This document shows, one piece after another, positions 15,050 through 29,700 of a DNA stretch of 64,000 nt. The notes under the pieces were generated by a model. The model saw nothing but the letters and a program-made list of their open reading frames with translations, had not been told where the DNA came from and searched no databases. The stretch lies in contig OZ234493.1 of assembly GCA_965153455.1 (NCBI GenBank), positions 8,608,213-8,672,212 on the forward strand. The letters are read 5' to 3'. The stretch comes from Sphagnum compactum. Its lineage: Eukaryota. Both the position numbers and the translations under genes were made by a program. Position 1 is the first letter of the stretch. Each line of letters opens with the position of its first letter.

Positions 15050-18000
15050 AATTGTCCATGTTTTCATAATGATATGAAATGAAATTATTTTGTCAATATT
15101 TTGATGGTCTAAACCAAATGTTGGCTAGTTATACAAAAAAATTTGAATATACATCCAAATACTGGTTAGATATGTATAAATGCATATTTGGATTTTTGAT
15201 TCATTTTGATATTCGACTCTATACATAACCACAATATGCCTAACACAATATTTTCATTATGCATGACTTTATCAAGACCAACACATCAGGATAGAATAAA
15301 TATCCGTGGAGGGTGTTTTGATAATCTAGATATGTATTAGGTTTAGGTTTATGTCATTTAGGTTTTAAATGTTAGGAATTAGGGTTTTGTAACATTAGGA
15401 ATGCAATTGAATGTTTGTGTTGCGCACTTTGCAAGTTTTTTTTAATACACTATGCATGCGCACACATGGATTCCAACTCGCTTTATTTTCTTTGAATGCA
15501 TCTAAATACCACTTGGAGCTTGGAAGTTTCATCGTTTTTATTTATATAAGTGCACAAGTGCGCATTTTGTAGTTTTGCAAAAACAATTGTTAGAGAACTT
15601 GGCATTGTTGTTGTGCCTTATGTGTGAATTTAGCATCGACGTTGTATGGATGTTCATTGTTCAACATCGACATTGTGCACAACTCACTGCTTTCTTTGAG
15701 TGCATAGTGCACAATGCATAGACGCACATGGATATAAATTGCTTTGTTTTTTTTAAGCGCATTTGAATGTGTGCACACTTTGTAGCTTTATAGATTTCTT
15801 TGTTGGCGAATTTGGCCTTGGCATTGTGCATTGTGGGGGAGTTTGGTATTGGTGTTGCACACATGTTCAATGAGTTTGGTGTTGAATGCGTGCTTTGGCA
15901 AGTTTGGTGTCAATGTGAATCTATTCGATGAATTCATATTAAACGAATAAAAAGAAATAAGCTCCAAACTTTTAACTTTCTTTATGTTTGGGAGCTTGAT
16001 TTTTTGTGTTTAATGTTTTAATGTGTTTAGTTTTCTATTTAGGTATTTGTCTTCAATGGTTGAAAAACTTCAAAAACCTTATTTTGGGTAGAGTGTCAGG
16101 TTAGGGTTTTGTGTGTGTGTTTTTTGGTTTAGGTCAATGGATGAAAAGCTTCAATAACTTTATTTTGTCGAAAGTGTAGGTTTAGTGTGTTTATTTTGTT
16201 GATTTTTTAAAATGTCTTTAATGGTCAAAAGGCTTCAACAACCCTATTTTGTTGAAAATGTTGGTAAAGTTATTGAAGATGTTGCGTCAACTACCCCCAT
16301 GCTAAGATCCAAACTTCATCATTCTTAGATGTTAAAAATGTGTATGTGGAATTTGGCAACACATTGTCAAATGTTGATGCTTCATAGCTTGTGACTATAG
16401 AAGCAAAAGTTGTGGATTGGAGACTTCACAATTGCATGTTTAGATATGTTGGGGATTTTTTGTTATCAATGATGGCCTACATGTCAATTTGGTGAATCCG
16501 CAAATGTTACAGTGTATAATATGTAGATTTGATGTTTTGGCTCAAATATCTACTTTACACAAACGTTTAATTAAATATAGCAAAGTTAATGGGATAATTC
16601 CCATGACTATTCATGTGCAAATTGCCCATATGAAGTTGTTTGCCTTTAATAAGCAACAATTAAGTGAGGTGGCAAAACTTGTTATTGTTCATGTTCAATA
16701 ACCAAGGAAGAAAAGTCCACGTCCTTATAACTATGCAATTACTGGTTTTTGGGTGCCACAAACCTATACAAAAAAAATGATGAACAATGACAACAATTTT
16801 CGGAAGATTTGGTGCTTTATATTTGCACTGTTTACATGCCTTGTCTAGTTGTGAAATTTTTTAGTTTCAAAGGTTAGTTCTACCCAACGCTCACATGTTC
16901 AATTTCCATCTCGATCTTTTTTTGTGAAAGAAATGTTGCCTACCATGGTCAAAAAGACCATGGACCAACATGTTGTGTCAAATCTTGCATCTACAATAGT
17001 AGTATCCACTAGTTTTGATATGTGGATGTCTCATAACGATGTGGATACTTTCAGTTTTTGTTATCAATTTTCTGAGTGACACCTAGGTCCCCATGCATAT
17101 CACTATGAGGTTATTTGAAATGAATGAAACAACTGGGTAGTCCATGGCTGCACAATTCTAGTCTTTGTTGGCGAAGTTTAGTTTGTTACATTGGGTGATC
17201 ACCTTTGTTAAATATGAGGGCATTAATTTTGTAGCAGGTTTACATTTTATCATTGATTGTGAACCATTGAAGATCCTTAGGGTTTATGAGGGCACATGCT
17301 TTGAGCATGTGATGTCTAAGGCCTATAAATGTGCTACAAATGATGACAAGGTTTTTGTTGGGTTGGAACATGTGAGTGTGAAGGATGCCTTAAGTTGGTT
17401 TACATAAAACTATTACTTGGACCAAAAAGTTTAAAATAGGGAGGCAACGATGGGAATGGGCTTGTGCTAAAGTGGGATGCAACATTAAAAATAAAAAAAT
17501 CATGTGAAGACTATATTTGCTAACAAAGTCATTATGTTTGAAGAGATTTTTAAGTTTAAGAATGTCATTATTCTTTATTATGGAAGGAAAAAATCCATGG
17601 CTTTACAACATAAAGTATTTAAAGCCCAAGTGTGGGCTATTGCTGAGGTAGTCACGTCTACCTTGAATTTTGTTGTTTCAACATGTGTGTTAAATTAATC
17701 TAGGGGCCATTGGTTGTTGTTAGATGCATTGACAAAAACTATCACATTGATTGTGAATGTGGAAATTAAGTTGTTACAACTTTTTAGCCCATCTAAAAAT
17801 TTTGACCTTTTTGAAATTGCAATCCTACTTCTGCATACAAATGTGCAACTTGAGATTATAAAGGTGATCAAACTTTTTTTGGATTTCTTGAAGTCTTTTG
17901 ATGCATGACATGTTCATAACATGATGGTTATTATGTTGGATCCACACTTCAAGGCTTTGCACATTGTGCAAAGTTTGGTGTGACATAGGAATGCATGCAA

Positions 18001-18931
18001 TCCAATTAGCATTTTGAATGGTTGACATTTGTACACCATTGCATTTGCTACAACAATTGATGATGCAGGATTGGAGCTTGAAAAAATATGTTTGGAATGG
18101 AGACCTCAATCGAGGAATCTTCTCAAGCATTAGTCATTGGAAAGTTGTTTTTGTTCATGAGGTTGTTTATTTCTTCATCTCCATGTGTAGATCCACTAAC
18201 TTGGTGGTGTATGCATGAAGGCTAGTTTCAGAAGGTGAATTTTTTTTAGCAAAATATATTCTTGGAATCCCAAGTTCATAAATAAAAATTGAATGGGTTT
18301 TTAGTTTTGTTGGTGTGTTGACAATTTTAAGGCGTTGCAACTTGCAAGTGGACAACATGGACTGGATTATTATTAGTGTGAAGAATTGACTTGATGATCG
18401 ACAAGTCAATTGCAAGCCAAATTTAGGCTTCAAACAATACTTAAAAATAGAGAAACTTTTGGCAAAGGATAATTGCAATTTGATTGAAGAGCATAATTTT
18501 TTGAAGAACCCCAAGTTGATGATGACTAACTTTTGTGGGTTGGGGTGGGTTAGTGTGTGGGGTGTGGTTGGGCAAGGAACTTGTGCTGCAATTGGGGCAG
18601 AGTTCTTCATAGAATTGGGGTTCAATTCCCCCACAAGTTTTGGTTTGGGTTCTAGGAGCTTAGGTTCTTTGTTCTTTGTTGCACTTTTTTTAAAACAATA
18701 AAATCAAAAAATTGATATCCATAATCTTTGTGCATATTTGTCATTTTTTGAAAAATGAAAATTGACATATTCATAACCAACAACTTTTGTAAGAAGTAAA
18801 ATAATGTGTAACCAGATGGTGCAGTAGATTTCAGATTTCAAAAAATACATATCCTTCTTCATAAAAAATTGAAAATACACTTTATTGATATCCGCAGAAG
18901 AGGCCTATATTGTGATAACTGGACAACACTG
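15050..18931 (+). mobile_element. Decayed hAT (Ac-like) DNA transposon with transposase pseudogene at about 16250-18530
   Basis: Fragmented frames give a BED-finger-like 'PQMLQCIICR', catalytic-region motifs 'TSFDMWMS', 'FVKYEG' and 'MLDPHFK', and a hAT dimerisation domain 'CVDPLTWWCMHEG*F...LGIPSS*IKIEWVFSFVGVLTILRRCNLQVDNMD'. Many stops and frameshifts. Right terminus ...CAACACTG at 18931; left boundary is approximate. Confidence 0.8.
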
Positions 18932-20180
18932 GTCTGGACCCTTTTGTTGGCTACATACCATCTTCCTCCCCCTCCTTCCTTCCTTCCACATTTTTAAAAC
19001 ATGGCTTCCCTCCAATGATAAAAGTTTTCTAAAGTATGAATAAATTGAGTCAAGTCTGAAAAATTACAACTCCATTTGGCCCCTTAGAGACTCTATTTGA
19101 CTCTGGAAATGTTAAAGCTGGATTCCAGAACCCTAAACCCATTTTGAGTTGGGCCAGTTCTTGCTTCCTTCCTAATGTACAGTGAGCCTAAGCCCACCCC
19201 CCTTCCCCAACTCAAGGACTTACAGAAAGCATGCAACAGGCTTATTGTTCACTATAAAAAACAAATGTTCCAAGAACCACAGAAGGGAAATGAAAATGAG
19301 TTGATGCATTATGCCAAAGAAGACCAACAATAAGAGAAGGTGAAAGAAAGAACAAATTGGCTTCTTGTGAGAAAAAAGACTAACACTAAAAAGAAGATGA
19401 AGACACCAAGAAAGAAAGCAAGTGTCTGAGACAGAAGAGATTTCTCCATCAATGTAAGAGCTCAGAACACCAAACCTCCATTTGTTGAAAGGAATAAATG
19501 AACAAACCCACAAAGGATTCAAATGGAGGTGGACAGGCAGGGTGGATGCTGGGTTCTACACCCTCTAAAGACCTGCCAAAAAAATCTCTAGCTTTAGGGA
19601 AGGGCAGGTTCTAAATCAGAATTTTACCTCAGCAAAATTTTGTTTCTCTGTGGAGGGTTCTTCCAGTTAGGGTTATATAACTAAACTTTTATGTATGATG
19701 GTTTATAGCCAGATTTGGCTAAATCTTCCTAGGGATGATCATCACTTTTCCCACACATATGGATGATTGTCACTTTGGCTACAAACCAAAATTCCTTGAA
19801 AAAACACTGGTGATGAACTACCTAAGCACACTGGGTGGTACTGAGGCCAGTACTTACTACTTACTCAAGGACTGAAAATTGAAGTACCTACCAACATGTT
19901 TTGTTTTAGATTTAGGGTGCTTTTCAGTAGGTACTTGCAACCCACTAATCATTTCAACTACCATTCTAGGAACCTTGTACATAAACAAGGATAGAAATCC
20001 AGCCACAAAAAGTACAAGGCATGTTGAAGCAAATGTAAACACACAACAAGGTAAATGTACCATTGGTTTGTCAATGATGAAAGAACCAAGGAACCCACAG
20101 CAGCCTGCAATCTGATCCTGACACATGAAGCAAGTCCTGTTTGGTTTTTCCCAGTTTTTGGGTCAGGCAAAGCCCCTGGT

Positions 20181-20215
20181 TAGGGTAGGGTAGGGTAGGG
20201 TAGGGTAGGGTAGGG
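20181..20215 (+). repeat. (TAGGG)7 pentanucleotide microsatellite, G-quadruplex-capable
   Basis: Seven perfect TAGGG units read directly. Confidence 0.95.
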
Positions 20216-20629
20216 GCATTCTCAAAATAATGGGGCCAGACAAGGCAATGGCTGACTCCAGCCCCACATATTGGGAATGTCCCTCTCCAGTGAGCTTTAC
20301 CCATCGACACAAATGAGATGAACATTACTGTAATACTTTGGCAGATTCCACACTAATTATTATTATTTTCAGAACTGTTGAAAATTTCAAAAAATATTTT
20401 TTTTTTCCAAAAAAAGTTTTGTGAAAGAAATTATAGTATCTTTGTGAATATTAGAAAAAAATCATATTTTTTAAGCACAGAATCTTCAAAATTCATTTAA
20501 TTATTCAATAGACATGTGTTGAAGTTACCATTGTATTATGATATCACAAACCTGAACATACATAGTCCATGATTGTCTCTACACGGGAGAGAAAATTTCC
20601 ATGGGGTCCTCATGTGCTTGGTGTTACTT

Positions 20630-21003
20630 CAATGGCCAGTTCTTCAAATAATAAGTTTTGATTCCAGGTTTCAGTCTTTTAAATCAGACTTGGTTCTAGT
20701 GTAGTCTCAAGTAACCTGGACTGGAACCGACGATTAACTACCAAATTAACCTCTGGTTAGTCTCAATTCTAGTCTTTTTATTTCAAAGAATTTATTTTTG
20801 TTTCAAAACTCTGGGTTCCAGTTCTGGTTCCACACATAAATGGAACTTAGAATCTGATTTTGAGTCCAGTTCTTCAAATATATACATTCCAGTTCCAGTT
20901 TTGGAATTGGTTCCAAAACCCCAGTTTCAATTTGGTTTTTTGTAGTGGAAACTGAAAGGGGTGCTTTTAACCCTGCAAACAAAGTAACCACCACCCAACA
21001 CTG
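20630..21003. mobile_element. Short non-autonomous hAT-family fragment
   Basis: Ends in CCACCCAACACTG, the same terminus as the 41.7-45.0 kb hAT, and contains repeated GGTTCC/CCAGTTC subterminal motifs. Left end is uncertain. Confidence 0.5.
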
Positions 21004-22893
21004 GTCTTGTTCAGCATTTGTTTTGAAAATTTTGTGATGTTGCTCAAGTGGCGATGATCTATAAGATGATTTAGCCAGAATTGGTGATAAGAAAATATAA
21101 AACTAAAAATTCTAGCATCTTTTTATATTTTGGCTACCTGTTGGTACTTAGGATAGAATCTGGCTTTCTTTTTTAATAGTTTTTTTTTCCAAATTTGGCA
21201 ACTTAAAAATTCGAAAGCAAATTTTTTTTTTGCCACTTTGAAAAAAAAAAATCACCATCTGGCGAATTTTTTCCCCACACAAAAAAAAGGGAGAAAGTAT
21301 ACAAATAGATGGTTGCACAACTTTGTTGACAATGCCATGGGCTTTCAGTGGATTTTTTTGTGTTCAAGCTTAAATCTGAGGATTTATCAGAGTTGGAGAC
21401 ATGTCATGTGCCTTAGGTTCTCTCCAAAGTGACCAACGTCCCAAATCTCATGTAAGTGATAGTTCAAAATCACTTGTTAGATCTTGGGGTACAAGAAAAT
21501 GGAGCTTCACTTGGTTGTAACGAAGACTTATGATTCACAAAATAATTGCAATTGTTTGCTAAATTACACCAAAGTGCACATGGAAATTAAAATGCACATC
21601 ATATGAAATGAGCTGGAATGGTGGAATTACATCCAATTAATGAGTTCACTTGTAACAAGTTACACCAAGTCCTAAAGGTAGCAATATCAACTTTGGTGGC
21701 GAAGATAATGTTGAGGAACATGTGGGCTTTGACGACAATGTGCCAATTTCGACAAAAATAGCTTCATTTGTGAAGTAGAAAATAATGAACTTTGAATAAA
21801 GCCCTAAAGTTCCCACAAGAAGGGGCCTTGGATGATGCACTAGTTGACTCCAAAAAGCATGCGCACATGAAAACATTCATTCAATTGGAAAAATGTGTTA
21901 TAACAACTAGGCTTCTACTCCGCTCAAAAAGGTCGAAGTGCAGGCTAACTTGCATATGTGAATAATTGCATTATCCCTCCTCTTTTCTAAGAGGCTAAAA
22001 TAGAGGCACATGCGAGGCATAGATGGGCTTGATTCAATTGTGTGCCCCCTTAGAGTCTAGTCTCACATTTTGGAAAGGTCTTTCTCACAAGTGGACTTTG
22101 TCCATTGTACAACAAGAGGTGAGGTCATATGAACCTAAACATATGAAAATTATGAGGCATAAGATGAAAAAGGTTTTTAATTTCTAACCCTTATTCTTTA
22201 AAGCATTTGAGATCCCTCCCACTTTCAAGGAATAAATATATTATCCCTCTTTTCTTCTAGAAGGCCAGAATAATGGCCCATGAGAAGCAAAGTTAAATGT
22301 GGGTTCAATTCGTGTCAAAATATTTTATTGAGCATAAAGACCTACTCCAATTTTTATTTTTTTTCCCATGATATTTAGTGGGTAGCCAATGGGTGTCACA
22401 AACATATTTTCCATTGTTAATATTCACAGTGGTATACACGTTCACTTCTTAGATTAATAAACTAACTCTTTGATTGCATGAATAAATGTGTGCTCAAGTC
22501 ATTTGTCTTTTTTAAAAAATTATTACCACTATTTGTTGTTGGTACTTCATAAGAGTTAAAGTGTAAAATTTTCAAGTTCTTGCCTTTTGGATCAAAGAAG
22601 CAGCATCAATCTTTCTCCAAATGGTCTCCTAGGAAAATATTGACTCAAAAGATGAGGCGGCCATGCTAGAACCAAATGTTGATGATGAAACTAAATAACA
22701 TGAAGAGGATGAGGAAAAGGATGATGGAGAAAATGAGGACATTGGAAGAAGCAATGAATCAAGGAAAAGTGCAATATTCTTAATTAAATCTTGATTGGCT
22801 AAAGGAGGGGAAACATCAAAGAGGTCCCCTTGTAACCTTCAAGAGAGACATGTGAGAGCAAAATATGATCAATTGGTGAGAGGAATAATGCAT

Positions 22894-23466
22894 TGTTAAC
22901 CCAATTTTTCACTCTTTATAAATAATAATCAATTGTTATCAATAGGTAACTGGCGAAGCATTATCATTTTGAAAATCCATTAAAGTTGTTATTAGGCAAC
23001 ATGTAATTGGTCTTCTTAAGTTAACCAATAACAAGTTTGTTGAAATAATAGGTAACATGTATGGTATGTTAACCGGTGTATTGATAGAACATGTTTGTTA
23101 AACAACCTATGGCCAGTAGCCATTTTAGTTTGATTGTGAACCATTAAGTTATTGTATCAACTAGTGATTGTTTGACTTGAAACAACATTTTGTTTTGGTA
23201 TAACTAGTTGATACTTAGCAAGAATAAGGGAGGATGAATATTGGAGATGGATTGGAAAAAAACTTTTTAAATCTAATTTTTTGATTTATTCGGAATTTGT
23301 CTTATAACTTATACATTTGTAAATATGAACATCTTCATGCTTCTGATTTGCTTTTCTTATTCTCATATCTAAGTTAAAACATACATGCTAATGTTTATAT
23401 GCAAATAAGATTTTGCAAGTAGGAATATTTTTGTGTAATTTGAAGGCATAGAAAACACCCTTAACA
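22894..23466 (+). repeat. 5' LTR (573 bp)
   Basis: Starts TGTTAACCCAATTTTTCACT, ends GAAAACACCCTTAACA, and is collinear with 29701-30235. Confidence 0.9.
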
Positions 23467-25012
23467 TTTGGTGACCATGCAATGGATCCAAATTGTAAAC
23501 ATTCACATTTGTAATTTATGGTTTTAGAAAATTGTTAAAAAAAAATTTGCCATACAACTTTTTGTAATTATTTTTATGATTTTAGAAACAATTTTGTTAA
23601 GATTTCATTTGTTCTTGATATAGTCTTAGTTGTATATTAATTATTCTTTAAAACTTTTTTTATTACTTGTATTTTTTTCAAAGAAACCCGATTGGTTTTT
23701 GAATACAAGAACATGTTGATCAAGTAGATTTTGAGGAGATTAATATTTGTACATGTTCAAATATGTCAAAAGTAATTATAAGAGGCTTTAAAAGCTAACT
23801 AGAAATGGTTGCACCATAGCAATATGTGTTTGAAATAATATAATTGTTAGAACAATAATGTTTTCAAGTTGAGGGAATTCAACCAATTGATGTTCGCATC
23901 ATTGAGCTTCAATAGCCGGTGACAATAAAAATACCTCTTCATAGATACCAATAGAGCAAGAGGAATGGAAGAATCACAAGTACTTTCAATCAATCGCTTT
24001 TTGACACCCCAACATTCATCCTAACAACTGAAACCAAATGCACAACTAGGTGGACATCACATCGCACCTATTCAACATGTTGTTGAAGTAACTTCTGCAA
24101 GCCGGAGGTGGCAATTTGTAACACCTAGCTACCACATTCCCAGAACTATTCTATGATCACAATTAACACCTATTGTTGGGTATTACACTTTTGAACCAAT
24201 TCCTACTTTGAATCCAACCACAACATATTCAAAGTTGGAACACAACCAATTTATGAACTGGTTGGAATAATGACGTAATTTGGAATAAAAACCTTCACAT
24301 CGATCTAGTTTTTAACCACATTTTAAAAACTAATGGAAGTAGACACAGTACTTATTGTTATTCAACAAACATAACCATTTAACCAAAATGTTTGGCCAAA
24401 TGTACTTCTTATGGGAATCATTGAATGACTAGTTCTTCAATGAAGTATACCGATTCTAAACATACATCTGACCATTGAGATTGCATTATCATGTGCATAT
24501 TGCAACAAGTTGGACATGAGTTTAAAAATTGTCCTTTTGTGGATGATAAACTAAAGTGATTGATGAAAGAAGAGTTCATAACTATTTTACAACCTATTGT
24601 ACCAAGCACATCAACAATACATACCAGTGTACTTGTGCAACAACCTAGACCACAACCGGGTTTGGTCAATAACTCAATACCAATTAGTCAACATCCAAGT
24701 TGGCAATAACCTATTACACCACTCATAGCAAGACAACCTAGGGTTGTACCTTATCCACCATATCCAATATGGTATAATATTTTACAATCTTTTGTACCTA
24801 TGGATCTTTGCCACCTCAACTACCAAGAGGGTTAACCCACATCCACAACCGAATGGAAAAGTGTTTAGAGAATCATCTAACATAGGATCACCGAATAAAA
24901 ACCCACTTGGAGGACCGCCACCTAATCCACATGTTGGACTTTACGAATGGCCATCACCCGATTCAAAAATATTCATGCCACCATGGTATCCACCAGTTGC
25001 AATTCAATATTG

Positions 25013-26145
25013 AAGGGACGTAATGACCTCAAGACCTTGCAAAATGATTAGGACTGATTAATAAAGCATACATGAAAATGGAAGCTATTAATGTTCAACA
25101 AGAAACACTACAAGAATTTTTGGTTTTTCAAACAATCCAAGTTGACTAATTGGTCTTTCTTAATTAGTGAACATGTACATTTTGACTAGAGGTTAGGGGC
25201 ATGAATGACCTGTATCTTTTGACCAATCAACATGGTTGATATGACCTATTTGATTATTTGTTAACTTGGACATCTAGTCAAATTGGACCAAAAATTGACA
25301 AACTTGGTCAAAATGGCCAATGACACTTAGTCAAATGGAATATCTAGTGAAGTTGGAAAGAAACACATAACATTTTTAGTCAAAATGGCCAATGAAATTT
25401 TAGTCAAATAAAACATTTAATCAAGATGGCTAATGTTATTACTACATACCTACCTCCCTACATAGTATACCCACGCATTGACCTATTACAACATACTTAC
25501 CCACCTACCTACCCACCTACCTACCTATCTACCTACCAACCTATTATAACCTACTTACCTACCCACGTACTTATTAACTATTACCCACCTATTTACCTAT
25601 CTACCCACCCATTCACCCACATACTAATTACCTACTACAACCTACTTAACCACCCACCCACCCACCTACTAATGTACCTCATAGTCTTGTAGTAATGTGT
25701 CGAAATAAACATGAATTAAAAAATTAACAAAAGTTGAACACCTTTTGATGGTGTGGTCCATTTGTTAAGGACTTGGTTTATCATTGGGGAGGTAAAGGAT
25801 TCAATTCCTAATAGTTGTAGCATATGTACATGTTCAAGGGGCTGAGGTAGGTAGGCTAGGTTAAATTAATTAGGTTAAGTTAAGTTAAGTGAAGTAGGTA
25901 GGGTAGGGTACCACCTACCTACTTGCATTTTTATGACCTACCTACCTATTTGCTTACAAAAAAATATTTTTGATATTTTTTTTTAATTTTTAAAAATAAT
26001 TTGACTAGTCGAATGGTCCATTATTCACTAGTCAAAATGACTAATTAAGTGGTCTTTATTTTTCTAGTGAAAAAAACCACCCCAATCACATTAAACATGT
26101 TAAAATTGAATTGTCCAAAATGACAAGGGGTCTTTTTGGCCCCTG
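25013..26145. mobile_element. Non-autonomous TIR element nested in the LTR element; same family as the element at about 58036
   Basis: Weak inverted ends (AAGGGACGTAATGACC / reverse complement CAGGGGCCAAAAAGACC), many TTGACTAG/CTAGTCAA subterminal motifs, and an ACCT-rich tract at 25440-25680. Bases 25700-26145 are the reverse-complement homolog of 58036-58520. Confidence 0.65.
25747..25815 (+). other. tRNA-derived (SINE-head-like) A-box/B-box sequence, degenerate
   Basis: GATGGTG TGGTCCATTTGTTAAGGAC ... GGAGGT AAAGGATTCAATTCCT has a D-stem GTCC/GGAC and a T-arm AGGA-TTCAAT-TCCT at tRNA-like spacing. There is no proper acceptor stem. Confidence 0.55.
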
Positions 26146-26877
26146 TACTAAAATTTCCAATTTGAAAAACCAAAAATTCTAGTAGTGAAAAAACTTTCGC
26201 TACTTTGGAACAAACTTGCCAACAACAACAAGAGCAGTTGATGATTATGAACATGGAGTTAGAAAATTGCACTCATGAACTACGAATTCAAATTCAAAAT
26301 CTAAAAGATGAAATGGAGGCAATGTAAATATCACCCAATAAGAATTCTCAAACCTTATATATGGACAACAAATTGAAATTTGAACAATTGTTATTGGATA
26401 ATGCTTTATTCAAAGTTCAAAACCAAGCATTAATGGACATGAATTCGAAGGGGAAGGAATGGTGGAAGACTATGCAAAAAATTGCAAAAGAGATGATTTA
26501 AGATAACCTAGAGATTGGGTGTGCCAATGAAGAAGCATACCTATCCGAATTGGTAACTTATAAAGTACAATTTCCAGAGTATAGGTATGACCAATAAAAT
26601 TCAAAACTATTTGAGATTAAAAGAGGTGTCGGAGTATCCCAAATAACTACCTTTGTGGAACTAGTACCAACATCTATAGGTATTCATAGTGAACTAATTG
26701 TTACTATTATTGAAGTGCCAACACAAATGCGAGGCGGATGATTTTGCTATTGTACCCTACTTTGCCTATGATGCCAATAATATTTGTTGATTCATTCGCC
26801 ATAGTTGTAAACATCCAAGTAGGAGGTTTGCAGATACTTGTTACTCTTAGGATTGTACCATTATTAATAGCTCATAT

Positions 26878-29433
26878 CATTAGTAGAAATTGGCCAAAAT
26901 GTAACCACTTTATTTGCGACTACATGTGATTATTAGTCATTTGCAATCACCTTTGGACATTTTTGCAACCATTTCTAGTGTTTGTCATATTAGTGACTAC
27001 ACTACAACTAGTTTGCTACTATTTTCGTTTTCATTTTTCCATGCAAATAACATATAGTTTGGTTTTCATCCAAGAAGATTAACTTAGTCCCATTAATTGC
27101 AAATGTGACCAATTTAGTTATAGCTTAATGAGTATACAAAAATGTATTTTGTGTACTATAAAGATTATAGTTGGGTATATTAAAATTTACAAATGCATAT
27201 TTTGAATGTATATGAACCATATTACATGTGTATTAGAATATCATTATTAAAATAAAACGCTTTGATATTATAGTTACACTAGGTGTATATTTTGAGTATA
27301 TTAAAATTTAATGTAAGATATTTCCTAAATATATTGTGCTCATATTACAAGTTTATCCAATCTATCTTATTATTTTTTTTAAATTATTACAAATGACACT
27401 TATTATTATATAGAAATAATATAATATAATATCATATCATATCTTAATTACATACAATGAAAAAATAATAAGGAAAACAAATTGACTAAACTTTTAAATT
27501 TTTATTATTTTAATACATGATGATGATGATATTAGCATGATAGGAAAAATGATAATATAATTCCTGGAATTAAAACAATTATGCCTACTAAAATTATTAT
27601 CATCATTATTATTGTTTGATATTTATAATTTACAAAAGGTATAAAACTTGACTTAATAATAAAAATAGAAATAAAAAAATAATTAACCTAAGTTAGTTAT
27701 TTTTTCCAATAATAATTTTATTATATTTAATATTTAGTATCTGTGTATTTATTTAAACAAATTACTGAAATAAATCTAAAATTTTATTACATTATTATTA
27801 AATTCCTTTCAAAGGACTAATGTAATTATTAAGAATTAATTTTATATTAATTTAAAAGTTTAAAGTTAATTATAATAAATCATAATAGGTCTAACATGTG
27901 ACATAGTAATATATAATAATAATAAAATAGCTAAACTAGGCTACCTAAAAAATACATTATTATTATTATTATTAATCAATTATGAAGTATTACTACATAT
28001 AATAATTACTGAAATATTAATATATAGTTTTAAGTTCTTTATTTCAAATTTACAATTAATATTTATTAAGTATGAATTGGAAAATGAATATAATCAATAC
28101 TGAAATGTAATTTGTTTTGCAATTTTATTATTTTATAGTAATTATTGTAGTAGTTAGTTAGGAAATCTAATAAATAATTATACAAATGCAGAAATGATTT
28201 TCAAAGGAAAAATATATGATTAAAAATCAAATATTTTTTTTGTAATAGTTTACAAATAATTAAGTATTTCATTAGTGAAGTAATAATATTAATAATAAAA
28301 ATAAAATAGTTAGCCTAGGCTAGGCTTTAATTATATTATTATATTTATATTAATTATTTATTTATTTATGAATAATTAGCTAATTATTTCAATATTAACC
28401 AATTACTAGTTAATTAAATTGGTTTATAGATCATTATAGTGAATATTGAATGAAAATTTATTATTATTATTATTATTATTAGTTAATAATATTTAATAAT
28501 ATTTAATAATCACCTAAGTAATATAATTAACTTATTTATTATTTATTATGTAATTTTAACAATACTAATGATTGTTGCTATAAATAATTAGTTAGTTGGT
28601 ATATGGTTTTATTAGTGAATTAATTACTTTCTAGTGTAATTATTTATTAATTAATTAGTGATCTTATTAGTTAATTAGTTAATTAATTAATTTGTTTGGT
28701 TAGTTACCTACTTACTTATATAATTTACAAAAATTAAAATGAAGATGAAAATATGGGATAAATTTTTAGTTGCACAAGTAATTTGCAACTAAAATCATAT
28801 AGTCGCAAACTATTTGCAACTAGAAAGTTTATCCAATATGTTTTGGCTTTCATTCTCATCTTAAAAAATATATAAACAAGATGTTTTGTTTTATATTTTC
28901 ATATTTAAAACATGGGCATATGGGATGAGCCAATAAAAAAAATTTAACCCAAAATAAAATATAAATATTCATGTACTTACACTTAACTACCTACCTCCTT
29001 AACTTACCTACCTACTTAAATAGGTATTTGGCCTAAGTAAATACTTAATTTGAACTATATACCTAAATATTAATTTAAATTTAATTTGGACAAATTCAAT
29101 TAATATGCAAGGTGACAAATTGTTATTGCACCATGTGTCACAATCTAAAACCATCCAAACATAAAAATTAAACGTCTTAAATTATTTCAAAATTATAACA
29201 AAATTATTTATAATTATTAAAAGTTGGGACCCGTGGCAACACATAACTTGTTCCCAATGTTCACCAAAAAAGTCGCATCTTAGTTGCAAATGAAAATACG
29301 TATATGACCAATTAAAGGATGGAAGAGTATTTTGTTGATTTTTTCTTTCATCCAAAATTCATTGATGTTTGCGACTAATGTCACATGCGACTTGTTGAAG
29401 GGCCAATTGCAAAATGGCCATTTTCTATTAATA
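26878..29433. mobile_element. Non-autonomous CACTA (En/Spm) element with a very AT-rich interior
   Basis: Left end CATTAGTAGAAATTGGCC; right end reverse complement TATTAATAGAAAATGGCC. Clustered TAGTTGCA/TGCAACTA/GCGACTA subterminal motifs. TSD is not preserved. Confidence 0.7.
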
Positions 29434-29700
29434 TGGAGTCTTACCGTCTAGCCGTTGGTAGCTTGTGTAAAAATTACTATGATAGATATTGTTCTACACG
29501 CATTAAAAACTTTTACAACATGAATAACAATTTTAGTGAACACGTTTATTGTTGAAAAATTAAAACTAGAACATGGTCTTTTGATTGAATCTACTATTAA
29601 ATCGATTATAAGTCATGTTGATGAATTAATAGCAAGAGTAGAGCAAGTAGATCTTGATGTTTGATTTCAAGGATGAAACCTGGTTTTCAAGGGGGGGTAA

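Noticed and set aside
25426-25692. Pro/Thr/Tyr-rich extensin-like ORF
   Set aside because: Translation of the ACCT-rich repeat inside a transposon.
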